DNA from: a candidate division WOR-3 bacterium
Lineage (GTDB): Bacteria > Hydrothermota > Tepidihabitantia > Tepidihabitantales > Tepidihabitantaceae
Direction of reading: 5' to 3'
NCBI GenBank assembly: GCA_965649205.1
Contig: CBFGJV010000002.1
Span: forward strand, 32,001-96,000
DNA: 64,000 nt
Position 1 is the first letter of the stretch. Every line of letters begins with the position of its first letter. The position numbers were made by a program, and so were the translations under genes. The notes beneath the pieces are model-generated. The model was not told the origin of the DNA. It saw nothing but the letters and a program-made list of their open reading frames with translations, and searched no databases. Below are positions 8,941 through 17,664 of this stretch, in pieces.

Positions 8941-9188
8941 GCCTGTGGCCAGGCGGTCCGGGGAACGGCTGGGGGAGCTGGGGAGGGGGTAGTAGGAGGG
9001 AACAGTATAACTATCTGTACAGGAAAGGGTTAGGTCAGGAATCACATAGGTAGTGGATAATACTCACGAGTATTATTGGGTTACTGTTGTTTTTGCGATT
9101 TATTGTTGCTCTATGGCGTTGTCTGAGACAGGAAGGAAACGGCCAGACCACTGCTGGAGAGGGTGGATTCTGATTTTGGCGGTGCGGA
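8941..9188. repeat. Dispersed non-coding repeat, copy A
   Basis: Colinear similarity to 42553-42799, with shared blocks GTGGCCAGG, GGGGAACGGCTGGGGGAGCTG, GGGTTAGGTCAG, TAATAC-N6-GTATTATTG, TGCGATTTATTGTTGC and GTGGATTCTG. Confidence 0.85.
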
Positions 9189-9339
9189 CCCCGCCTGGGC
9201 TATGAGTAAGTGGTAGGGCAAGGGGGGAAGATATGGGCCGGGGTTTTGTGCAGTTAGGTCAAGGCTTTCTTCTCTTACCTGCGTTCGACCTTGAACTTAT
9301 GGATTGCAGCAGTATTAGACAGAAAAAATGGATGGTGGC

Positions 9340-9367
9340 TTGACAGGCGGGGGGCGTGGGGTAACAT
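9340..9367 (+). promoter_or_regulatory. Sigma70-type promoter
   Basis: TTGACA-N16-TAACAT. Confidence 0.55.
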
Positions 9368-9456
9368 TTAGTTGCGACAGTGGGTCGCAGGTTACATCGT
9401 AAGACAGAAAACAAGGCGGCGCGTTGCTGCTTCGCCTGATTAATGGAGAAAACACC

Positions 9457-9777
9457 GTGCGTGGCCCATTTTTACTTAGACCCCTGCAGGTGGATATGTC
9501 AGTACCCGCAAAGGTGGGCGGAGTATACTGTCTGGGAAAAGACTCGAAAAATATAGCCGTAATCGCGCGAGTTGATGCCAATCTGCGGGAGGCAATAAAA
9601 GCTCACTGGAAGGAGTATAATTTTTTCTGGTTTCAGCCGGGTTTGACGCCGAGGGATTCATATGCCATCCATTGCCGTCAGTACCACAAATCTCTGAACA
9701 GCGGACAATTACAGGATACGACCCACCCGGTACCACCGGAAAAGTCCGACTTTAAATGTCCTGTGTGCGGTCAGTGA
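9457..9777 (+). CDS. Small hypothetical protein, degenerate GIY-YIG-like fold with C-terminal CPVC
   Basis: GGVYCL...NLREAIKAH...C.QYH...HP.PP...CPVCG; GGAG RBS before GTG 9457. Confidence 0.55.
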   Translation: MRGPFLLRPLQVDMSVPAKVGGVYCLGKDSKNIAVIARVDANLREAIKAHWKEYNFFWFQPGLTPRDSYAIHCRQYHKSLNSGQLQDTTHPVPPEKSDFKCPVCGQ

Positions 9778-9832
9778 AGGACGGATAAGGTTTTCTGTCC
9801 TGCAAGAAAAAGTAACTGGCGGGAAAAGCTTG

Positions 9833-12673
9833 TCAGCGTAGATACGCCGGGTCGAGACGGGCAGGGTTCCTGAAGATAAGAGCGTCCAGCATTGAACTGT
9901 TTGCGGTAAAGTACAGTTGGCTTGAGGGTATGGGCCTGAGTCCGCGTGCGTAACCAACAGTCACGCTGACTGGCAGGAGATGGGCAAGTATGAGGTCGGT
10001 TCGCAGTTCGAATCCTGCGCCCAGTCTTCCACCAGCCAAGTCTGTTTTCTCCGGTTTCCAACCGTTCCAGACTAGAGCCCAGTCGGCAAACAGGGCCGTA
10101 TTGATATTGCGCAAGAATATCGGAGCGGTAGAAATACCCCGTTCTGGCCAGCAGAGAGGCGTACGCAGCTGGATACCTGCAGAAGCAATGTGGCGACCAG
10201 GTCTGGAAGTAGTAGTGAAGCCACGAACTCCCAGAAGAGTTCCGTCAGGATAAATACTCCAGGAGGTTAGCTGCGAAGAGTCGCCCACGGAGGTGCCTGC
10301 GGCGCAGCGCAGGCGGAGGCTCCAGTTGAGGGGTAAGGGTGCAGGAAGAGCAGAAGAAGAGGGGCGAGAGAAAGATAAGGGTCGGACAAAACCGCTAAGC
10401 CAGAAAAGTGTACGAATGCGGTCGCGTCCACCGAGCATGTGGCGGGATTCCAGGTCGGTGGCAAAGCCGGCAAGGGTACCTTGTGCCGGGGCTACGTCAA
10501 AGCGGTAGGCAAACGCATTGGAAGTGGCAAATTCCAAACGGTAATGTGCAGAAAAAGAGGTGTCGTGTCGGACCGCGGTCGCGAAGTCAAACTGCGAGGA
10601 GCGTCTGTTGGTTAATAAGGGCAGGGTGAGGGAAAATGTCCCGGCTTGGGTCTGGCGGTCGGCTTCCAAAAAGAAGGCAGGCAAGGGGTGGTAGCGGCGA
10701 AGTTCATATCCGCAGAGCAAAAAAGGAGTGCGGTTAAACCGGTAGCCGGCGGCAACGGCGTAACGATGGAGTTGAAGTGCGTCCCAGCCCAAAGTGGAGA
10801 CAGCCAAAGTCCAGGTAGAGTCGTAGGCGGCAAAAGGAAGCCAGAATTTAGGCCAGAGAGAAGGGAAGGGATTGTAGTAATAAAGGCTGGCAGGCTTTTG
10901 AGAACCGGGGGCGGCGAAGTAGTCTGGCCAGTTGGGCAGGTTTGCGGTAGTATCGGCAAAAGCCGTGACCGGTTTCCAAGTTCTGGCGTCAAGGTTGAGC
11001 AGGGCTATGTTGTCTCCACCAGCTGTGTGAGTTACAAGTGCAAGGCGGCGATTGTCTGGAGATACGGCGGGGCTAAATACGCCGTAAGGTACATTCGTGC
11101 AGCGAAGTATTTCCCGGGTTTGCGGCGAGTAGGAGTAGAGGTTGAAGATGCCAGAGCGGTCGGAAACAAAGAACAGGTGAGTGGCGGTGCGGGACCAGAA
11201 AGGCGAAAGGTCCTGTGCCCTGTCTTCCAGAACCAGAGAGTTCCATCCTGATACCAGGTCAATTATTTGAATGTCAGTATATCCGCCGAGCCTGCTTGCG
11301 CAGACGGCCAGTTGTTGTCCGTCTGGAGAAAAACGGGGAGAGGAAAATACGGTATAGTCAGTTGTTTCCGTGAGATTTTTCTTTTCTCCGGAGGCGAGGT
11401 GGTAGAGGATTATGTCCGTCTGCCCGTGCCTGACCGCGACAAACGCCAGGTGCGTCGAATCGGGCGAGAAGTCCGGGTCGCGCGCACGCATGCCCCAGGT
11501 CAGCCGTTTGAGTTCTCCGGTAACCAGATTGAGGGTGTACAAGTCGGAGATGTCAGAGTAGTTTGTAAGTTCGTACTGAGCAAAGGCAAGCAAAGTGCCG
11601 TCAGGGGAAAGGGAAAGATTGCCCGCGACCCGGCCGCGGTGCAATACCCGGCAGTTTCCGGTGGCAAGGTCAACAGCCTTGATGGCGGGGTACTCGTTGC
11701 CGTTGCGAGACACATAATACACTTCCTTGCCGTCCGCTGACCAGAGTGGCGAGGATGTGTATGCTCCTTCGTTTGTCAGCAGGTACAGAGGGGTGAGGGC
11801 TTCATTTTCCAGACGTTGCCTGATTGAGTTGGCGTAGGCTCTGACTTCCTCTTGCCATTCAGACCACCAAGAGAAGAAGCTTCGTCCGAACACACGGCGG
11901 GCAAAGAAGTTGTCGAAAAAGGGCAAACCTTTTGCTCTGGTCAAACTGTACTTATCCCAGATGTCATTTCCGAACTTTTCCGCCAGGTAGAGAGCGAAAA
12001 GACCGCCGTAGAGATAAGGAGAAGTTCCTTGCGGCCACCTTGTGAGCTCGTAGTGGCAGCAGCGGTCAATGGGCAGAAGGGCGTCGGCGTCTGCCGCTGC
12101 CCGAATCATCATATCATATTCAGTGCTATGGGCTCGACCAAATCCGGCAAATCTTGTTTCGGCAAGGACTGCATATCCTTCCAAAAGCCAAATGGGAGAG
12201 AGCGGATTGGTTAGTCCAATGCGGCCGAAAATTGAGCGGGCCACGGCTGGCAGACCCGCTACCATGTCCATCTGCAGAATGTGGGCGTATTCATGGACGA
12301 GTAATGTGCGCAGCCAGTCGGTGTAATTGAGACGCTGGTCCAGAGGAGGGTATGGTAATATGGTAATCGTATTCCCGGGCAGGGGGGCAGCCCAGCCGTT
12401 TGTATAGTCAAAGAAATCGGCAATTACTATTTGCGTTCGGGGTCTGGGATTCCAGCCTATGCTGGTGGTGAGTTGTTCGTGTACTTCTTCCGCGAGGCAG
12501 GCCACGCGAAGGGCAAGGCTTTCGGTTTCGGGGTTGAGCCGGCCGCGAGAGGAAAAATGCACGGCGAAATTCGGGGTTTCCAATGTATACCAGGAAAGAC
12601 CCGGGTCATAGCCCAAGCTGCCCGGCACCTGGCCCGGGAGGAAAAGCACAAAGGCAAGAAAGAACGTCAACAC
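9833..12673 (-). CDS. Omp85-superfamily protein: zinc metallopeptidase-like domain, PD40/TolB beta-propeller and barrel
   Basis: Signal peptide, HEYAH...PIWLLEG, repeated P.(W/F)SPDG, C-terminal VRGF and LGAGFELR. Confidence 0.75.
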   Translation of the reverse strand: MLTFFLAFVLFLPGQVPGSLGYDPGLSWYTLETPNFAVHFSSRGRLNPETESLALRVACLAEEVHEQLTTSIGWNPRPRTQIVIADFFDYTNGWAAPLPGNTITILPYPPLDQRLNYTDWLRTLLVHEYAHILQMDMVAGLPAVARSIFGRIGLTNPLSPIWLLEGYAVLAETRFAGFGRAHSTEYDMMIRAAADADALLPIDRCCHYELTRWPQGTSPYLYGGLFALYLAEKFGNDIWDKYSLTRAKGLPFFDNFFARRVFGRSFFSWWSEWQEEVRAYANSIRQRLENEALTPLYLLTNEGAYTSSPLWSADGKEVYYVSRNGNEYPAIKAVDLATGNCRVLHRGRVAGNLSLSPDGTLLAFAQYELTNYSDISDLYTLNLVTGELKRLTWGMRARDPDFSPDSTHLAFVAVRHGQTDIILYHLASGEKKNLTETTDYTVFSSPRFSPDGQQLAVCASRLGGYTDIQIIDLVSGWNSLVLEDRAQDLSPFWSRTATHLFFVSDRSGIFNLYSYSPQTREILRCTNVPYGVFSPAVSPDNRRLALVTHTAGGDNIALLNLDARTWKPVTAFADTTANLPNWPDYFAAPGSQKPASLYYYNPFPSLWPKFWLPFAAYDSTWTLAVSTLGWDALQLHRYAVAAGYRFNRTPFLLCGYELRRYHPLPAFFLEADRQTQAGTFSLTLPLLTNRRSSQFDFATAVRHDTSFSAHYRLEFATSNAFAYRFDVAPAQGTLAGFATDLESRHMLGGRDRIRTLFWLSGFVRPLSFSRPSSSALPAPLPLNWSLRLRCAAGTSVGDSSQLTSWSIYPDGTLLGVRGFTTTSRPGRHIASAGIQLRTPLCWPERGISTAPIFLRNINTALFADWALVWNGWKPEKTDLAGGRLGAGFELRTDLILAHLLPVSVTVGYARGLRPIPSSQLYFTANSSMLDALIFRNPARLDPAYLR

Positions 12674-12683
12674 GACTTTAGTT

Positions 12684-13838
12684 TCAGCCGAGGGTAAGGC
12701 GTTTGATGATTACAGTTGCGTAAGAGCCTGCCGGAAGAAAAAAAGACAGCTTCAGTTTCAAGCGGCCCGGATACAGGTCGTCTGGTTCCGGCTGGCCAGA
12801 TTGCCAACTGGAAGGGATGACCAACGCCTGTCGGTCAAAGGGTTTGAAGAAAAGGCCGCGCAGACGAAGTTTGAGGCGAAACTGATCGAGTTCCAGTCCT
12901 TCTCGGGCCAGAACTTCAGAAGCGACTGCGGCTACGCGGTCACTCGCAAAGTTTGTGCCGGGGGCAAAAGCCGGTATCTTCTGGCGGCGGAGGTAGTGGA
13001 ATTTGTCAAGAGGGAGTTGTTCATAAAACAGCATCTTGCCTACTGAATATTCCACCGGCCGAGTCGGTATCTTCAGTCGCATTAGTAATCCGGCAAGGGT
13101 TTCATTCCATAAATAAGACTGATAAGCGTTGAGAAAAAGCTCCAGGAGGGGGCGCGGCAGAAGCTTGACCGCATTCTTGAAGTCAGTGGGATGAGAGACT
13201 AGGTACTGGAGAGCCGGTTTTGCTTCCGGGGGGGCGATTTCCAGGCAACGCTCCCAATTGCCCCAGTGTTCGGCTAATAATTGTTTGGTCCGTCGCGTGC
13301 GGGAGTCATCTGCCGCCGCTGGTGTAGCCAGGAACAATTTCAGAGCGCCGTTGTAATGGCCGGCTATCAGCTTGCGGGCGATAAATCCTTGTCCGTGCCG
13401 GGCCGAGCCAAAGCGCTGGTCGTCGTAGTAATTTGGCACACCAAAACGGCGTACCAAGGGGATAGCCTTTTCCACTGCGGCGAGTTCGTCGGTTGTGAGA
13501 GCGCGAAGGGTGATGATGAAGCGGTTTCCTAAAGCTAGCTCTTTTGTAACCGGCACATCAGCCATGCCTACCAGAGTGAGACGGTAGTTCTTTTCGTAAA
13601 TGGACTTAGGGCCGGCGCCGGGAGTAGAGAGGTACTGTACAGAATAGCCATAGCGGTCTTTCAGGCCGGCGCGGCCTATGGCGCGCAAACGGTGTCTGGT
13701 TTCCAGATCGCGTATCACATCCAGCGTATTCCAGTATCTTTTTTCCAGACGATAGATGGAATACGCCCCACGTTTTTTCAGGCGGAGTTTGAGTTTCTCT
13801 TCTACCTGAAAGTCTTCCGGTCTGCACTTGAGCTTCAT
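12684..13838 (-). CDS. truD: tRNA pseudouridine(13) synthase
   Basis: K..PEDFQVEE, AGLKDR, GNRF.I.LR, PNYY..QRFG, F.LPAGSYAT. Confidence 0.93.
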   Translation of the reverse strand: MKLKCRPEDFQVEEKLKLRLKKRGAYSIYRLEKRYWNTLDVIRDLETRHRLRAIGRAGLKDRYGYSVQYLSTPGAGPKSIYEKNYRLTLVGMADVPVTKELALGNRFIITLRALTTDELAAVEKAIPLVRRFGVPNYYDDQRFGSARHGQGFIARKLIAGHYNGALKLFLATPAAADDSRTRRTKQLLAEHWGNWERCLEIAPPEAKPALQYLVSHPTDFKNAVKLLPRPLLELFLNAYQSYLWNETLAGLLMRLKIPTRPVEYSVGKMLFYEQLPLDKFHYLRRQKIPAFAPGTNFASDRVAAVASEVLAREGLELDQFRLKLRLRGLFFKPFDRQALVIPSSWQSGQPEPDDLYPGRLKLKLSFFLPAGSYATVIIKRLTLG

Positions 13839-13886
13839 CTTGTTACTTCAGCCTGCATTCTTAAGCGCCTTTGGGCTTACTGTCTC

Positions 13887-14162
13887 TCAGCGTAAATTGC
13901 GCAGGATTATCACCACGCCCACGGCGATGAATAGCAGACCGGCAACCAAGGAGACGATGCGGGTAGGAACCAGTCGGGAGAGTCCTGCACCCAACAGACA
14001 GGCAACAAGGGAGGTGGAGACGAGAGCCAAGGCGCTGCCGATGAAAACGCTCCAGAAAGAACGGCCGGAAGCGGCAAAGCAGAAAGTGGCTATTTGAGTC
14101 TTGTCTCCCAGTTCGGCCAGGAATATGGCCCCGAAAGTTGTCAGGAGAAGTTTCCAGTCCAT
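13887..14162 (-). CDS. TMEM165/GDT1 (UPF0016) family, single-repeat protein
   Basis: ELGDKTQ motif, three hydrophobic helices. Confidence 0.88.
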   Translation of the reverse strand: MDWKLLLTTFGAIFLAELGDKTQIATFCFAASGRSFWSVFIGSALALVSTSLVACLLGAGLSRLVPTRIVSLVAGLLFIAVGVVIILRNLR

Positions 14163-14175
14163 AACGTTTCCGCTC

Positions 14176-15093
14176 CTATCCGGCCAGAATCGCTGCTACT
14201 TGGTCGGCAGTACCGGCTGGAGTAACGCTAAACTCAGGACTGATTCTTTTCGCCAGCCCGGCCAGTACTTTGCCCGGTCCGACCTCGATGAATTCCTGGC
14301 AACCGAGTTCTTTCGCACTTTGCATTGTTTGTACCCAGCGCACCGGACTGCGGAGCTGAGCGGAAAGACAGTTGCGAATTTCGGCCGCGGTTGTAACCGG
14401 TCGGCCTGTTACATTGGCAATCACGGGACAACGTGGTTCGGAAATACGGAAACCGGCGAGATATTCGGCAAAGAGCCGCGCCGATTCTTCCAGCAGCGGC
14501 GAGTGGAAAGCTCCGGACACGGGTAGCAGCACGGCCTTGATGGCTCCCCGGGTCGGTGCTAGTTCTACCACTTTTTTCACCGCCGGAATTTCGCCAGACA
14601 CAACTGTTTGTTTTGGTTCATTGTAGTTGGCACAGACGACCACGCCTCCCACTTCGGCGCAGAGGGCTTCAACCGCTGCGGCGTCCAGTCCTAATATGGC
14701 CGCCATGGTACCGGGATTTTTTTCTCCTTCGGCGGCCATGAGTTCAGCCCGACGTCGTACCAGCTTGACTACCGAATCAAAGTCCAGACTCTGGGCTGCA
14801 TACAGCGCGGAGTATTCGCCCAGGCTGTGGCCAGCGCAGAGCGCCGGTTCCAGTCGCTTGAGTATGGCTAATACGGCTAGAGAATGCACCAGAATGGCTG
14901 GTTGAGTATAGCGGGTCTGGCGAAGTTTTTCTTCCGGTCCCTGGAATGACACCTCACACAGGTCGAATTCCAGAATATCCATGGCACGGTGGTAGGTATC
15001 TTTTGCTTCTGGATAGCGGTCGTACAGGTCTGCCCCCATACCTACGTATTGGGAGCCTTGACCAGGAAAGAGAAAGCCAAAGTTTTTGTTCAT
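14176..15093 (-). CDS. fabD: Malonyl-CoA:ACP transacylase
   Basis: FPGQGSQ, TQPA, GHSLGEY, VSGAFHS. Confidence 0.95.
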   Translation of the reverse strand: MNKNFGFLFPGQGSQYVGMGADLYDRYPEAKDTYHRAMDILEFDLCEVSFQGPEEKLRQTRYTQPAILVHSLAVLAILKRLEPALCAGHSLGEYSALYAAQSLDFDSVVKLVRRRAELMAAEGEKNPGTMAAILGLDAAAVEALCAEVGGVVVCANYNEPKQTVVSGEIPAVKKVVELAPTRGAIKAVLLPVSGAFHSPLLEESARLFAEYLAGFRISEPRCPVIANVTGRPVTTAAEIRNCLSAQLRSPVRWVQTMQSAKELGCQEFIEVGPGKVLAGLAKRISPEFSVTPAGTADQVAAILAG

Positions 15094-15117
15094 TTTGTCT
15101 CCTCATCACATAGCGCT

Positions 15118-15145
15118 ATCATAGAATCTGCTGGCGGAGTGTCAA
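15118..15145 (-). promoter_or_regulatory. Sigma70-type promoter of the fabD operon
   Basis: TTGACA-N16-TATGAT. Confidence 0.65.
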
Positions 15146-15234
15146 ATCTCAGGAGGAAGTTAATTCTGTTATGGCAGAATTGTGCGAGAGCGGTGTTTGA
15201 CTGCTGCTGGCTTTGCGGTTAATATGCTTGCCGT

Positions 15235-15723
15235 TTGCGTGGCGTATTAGTTTGGTCATTTTTCTGCCTGGTGGCTCGGGCAGCGGTTGGTTTTCTATCC
15301 ATAGGGACGGATGAAGTTCCAGTAGAGGTGTATGTTGATAACCGTATGGTGGTTGTGAATGATTCGGTTAGACTGGTGGAAGTAGGGCCCGGGCGGCATT
15401 TTGTCAGCCTGTTTCCACCGGCGAAGGTGTACCAGGCTTATCGGGACGAAACCCCAGACCAGTTCTGGACTCCCATGCGCCAGGCCGGAGTGGTGAGTGA
15501 GTCCAGGCGGCTGCTATCCAGCTATGAAAGAGGAGCTGTGCGGGAAGGTACCAAATGGGTTTATGCCGAAGAGGACGATACGGTCACCGTAGCCTTGTCG
15601 GTTAGAAAAACGATGGAAAAGTATCGGCGAGATTCCTCCTGTTTGGTGGGAACTTTTCTGGGCTGGACTCTGCTCATTGGTGTAGGTATGGTGATAAGTT
15701 TGATTCTCGCCAAGCTTGATTAG
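15235..15723 (+). CDS. Hypothetical exported/membrane protein (PEGA-like N-terminal part, C-terminal TM helix)
   Basis: Signal-like N-terminus, EVYVD...PGRH, hydrophobic C-terminus; promoter TTGACT-N17-TAATAT at 15197-15225. Confidence 0.55.
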   Translation: MRGVLVWSFFCLVARAAVGFLSIGTDEVPVEVYVDNRMVVVNDSVRLVEVGPGRHFVSLFPPAKVYQAYRDETPDQFWTPMRQAGVVSESRRLLSSYERGAVREGTKWVYAEEDDTVTVALSVRKTMEKYRRDSSCLVGTFLGWTLLIGVGMVISLILAKLD

Positions 15724-15867
15724 CGGGGTTTTTAGGGGTGGAAGTTCAACGAAAACAATCAGTCTGTCCTGCGGGCGCCGAGCTGCTCCTATCTCCATTG
15801 GGCTTGACTTTTGGTCGCAGGAATCTATCTTCCTAGAGCAAATTACTATGGAATCCAAGGAGGCCTC

Positions 15868-16992
15868 ATGCCTAAGTTAAGAGTTGGAATAATCGGTATC
15901 GGTAACTGTGCCAGCAGTCTGGTTCAAGGTGTGTACTACTACCGGAATGCCCGGGAGGCCGACACCATTCCGGGCATAATGCATGTGAATCTGGGCGGAT
16001 ACCACATAAGCGATATAGAGTTTACAGTGGCTATCGACATCGATAAGCGGAAGGTGGGTAAAGATTTATCTCAGGCGATCTACACCTACCCGAATAACAC
16101 CTGGAAGTTTGCCGATGTGCCTAAGACTGGAGTAAAGGTTATTAGAGGAATGACTCACGATGGTTTGGGATATTATCTTTCCCAGATTATAGAGAAGGCA
16201 CCCGGGCCGACCGCTGACATCGTAAAGGAGCTTAAAGAAACCAAGACAGATGTAGTGGTGAATTTTCTGCCGGTGGGTTCGGAGGAAGCTACCAAGTGGT
16301 ATGTGGAACAGGTTCTGAAGGCCGGATGTGCCTTTGTGAACGGAATACCCGTATTTATTGCTTCGCAAAGGTACTGGGATAGAAGGTTCCGGGCGGCAGG
16401 ACTTCCGGTTCTGGGCGACGATATCAAATCCCAGGTGGGAGCGACCATAGTGCACCGCATGCTGGTATCTTTGTTCAACGACCGGGGTGTGAAGCTGCTG
16501 CGGACCTCCCAGTTGAATGTGGGGGGGAATACTGACTTCTTGAACATGCTGGAGCGTAGCCGACTGACTTCCAAGAAGATATCTAAGACAGGCGCGATCA
16601 CATCGCTTTTGAAGTACGACATCGGCGAAGAGAACATACATGTTGGACCGTCTGACTATGTCGCCTGGCTCAAAGATCGAAAATGGTGCTATTTGCGCAT
16701 GGAGGGACAGACTTTTGGTGATGTGCCTCTGAATGTAGAGTTGAAACTGGAAGTGTGGGACTCGCCCAATTCAGCCGGGGTAATGATAGATGCTATCAGG
16801 TGCGCGAAGTTAGCCTTAGACCATGGACTTTCCGGAAGTATAGTCGAACCTTCTAGCTATTTCTTCAAGACGCCGCCAGTGCAGTTTCCAGACGACGAGT
16901 GCCGGGACAAGACCGAGGCTTTTATACGCAAGTACAGCCGTAAAAACGGGGCGGATAAGTCGGCCGCCGGCTCTAAACCGCGCCGGTCATAG
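15868..16992 (+). CDS. ino1: myo-inositol-1-phosphate synthase
   Basis: [55 protein letters not shown] before ATG 15868. Confidence 0.95.
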   Translation: MPKLRVGIIGIGNCASSLVQGVYYYRNAREADTIPGIMHVNLGGYHISDIEFTVAIDIDKRKVGKDLSQAIYTYPNNTWKFADVPKTGVKVIRGMTHDGLGYYLSQIIEKAPGPTADIVKELKETKTDVVVNFLPVGSEEATKWYVEQVLKAGCAFVNGIPVFIASQRYWDRRFRAAGLPVLGDDIKSQVGATIVHRMLVSLFNDRGVKLLRTSQLNVGGNTDFLNMLERSRLTSKKISKTGAITSLLKYDIGEENIHVGPSDYVAWLKDRKWCYLRMEGQTFGDVPLNVELKLEVWDSPNSAGVMIDAIRCAKLALDHGLSGSIVEPSSYFFKTPPVQFPDDECRDKTEAFIRKYSRKNGADKSAAGSKPRRS

Positions 16993-17025
16993 CCAGATCA
17001 AACGGCTGGTCTGGCGGATGCTACC

Positions 17026-17664
17026 GTGCGCGGCGTACTCGTCACCTTCGAAGGCGTAGAAGGTTCGGGTAAATCTACTCAGGCTGCGTTGCTGGTCGCA
17101 AGGCTCAGGGCGTTGGGATTTACCTGTGAGTTTTCTCGCGAACCGGGCGGCACCGCAATAGGCGAGCGTATCCGCGAAATACTTCTTGATCCGACTAACA
17201 AGAACATGGATGCCAGAACAGAACTTTTTCTTTATCTGGCAAGCAGGAATCAGCATGTGCGGGAAAAGGTGAAAAGATGGTTGGACGAGGGAAAGATAGT
17301 GGTGCTGGATCGTTTTGCGGAATCGTCAGTTGCCTACCAGGGTGCAGGGCGGAGGCTGGGAGAGCGGGTTGTTTCCCGTCTGAACAAGATGGCTACTGCC
17401 GATGTGCGTCCTGACCTGGTTATACTCGTGGACGTACCTGTTGGTATCGGACGTGAGCGTAAGGCTGCGGCCAGGCTTGACAGGCTGGAAAGCGAAAAGG
17501 TAGAATTTCATGAACGAGTCAGGCATAGTTATCTGCGCATGGCCCGTAGGGCACCTAAGCGGATGAAGGTGTTGGATGGTACGGAGCCGGCCGAGAAGCT
17601 GGAAACAAAGGTTTTCCATGCAGTGCAGGAGTTGTTGAAAAGAAAGGGAATCTGGCGGCAATGA
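17026..17664 (+). CDS. tmk: Thymidylate kinase
   Basis: FEGVEGSGKSTQ, REPGGT, DRF..SS.AYQG. Confidence 0.95.
   Translation: MRGVLVTFEGVEGSGKSTQAALLVARLRALGFTCEFSREPGGTAIGERIREILLDPTNKNMDARTELFLYLASRNQHVREKVKRWLDEGKIVVLDRFAESSVAYQGAGRRLGERVVSRLNKMATADVRPDLVILVDVPVGIGRERKAAARLDRLESEKVEFHERVRHSYLRMARRAPKRMKVLDGTEPAEKLETKVFHAVQELLKRKGIWRQ

Noticed and set aside
8652..9053. Short ORFs 8652-8843, 8677-8892 and 8853-9053 as genes or RiPP precursors
   Set aside because: No recognisable motifs, the SD-like GGAGG is only 1 nt from the ATG, and the part shared with the second repeat copy does not preserve a reading frame
9057..9076. dif (XerCD) site
   Set aside because: It has a 6-bp-spacer dyad but lacks the XerD arm TTATGTTAAAT, and it occurs twice within a longer repeat
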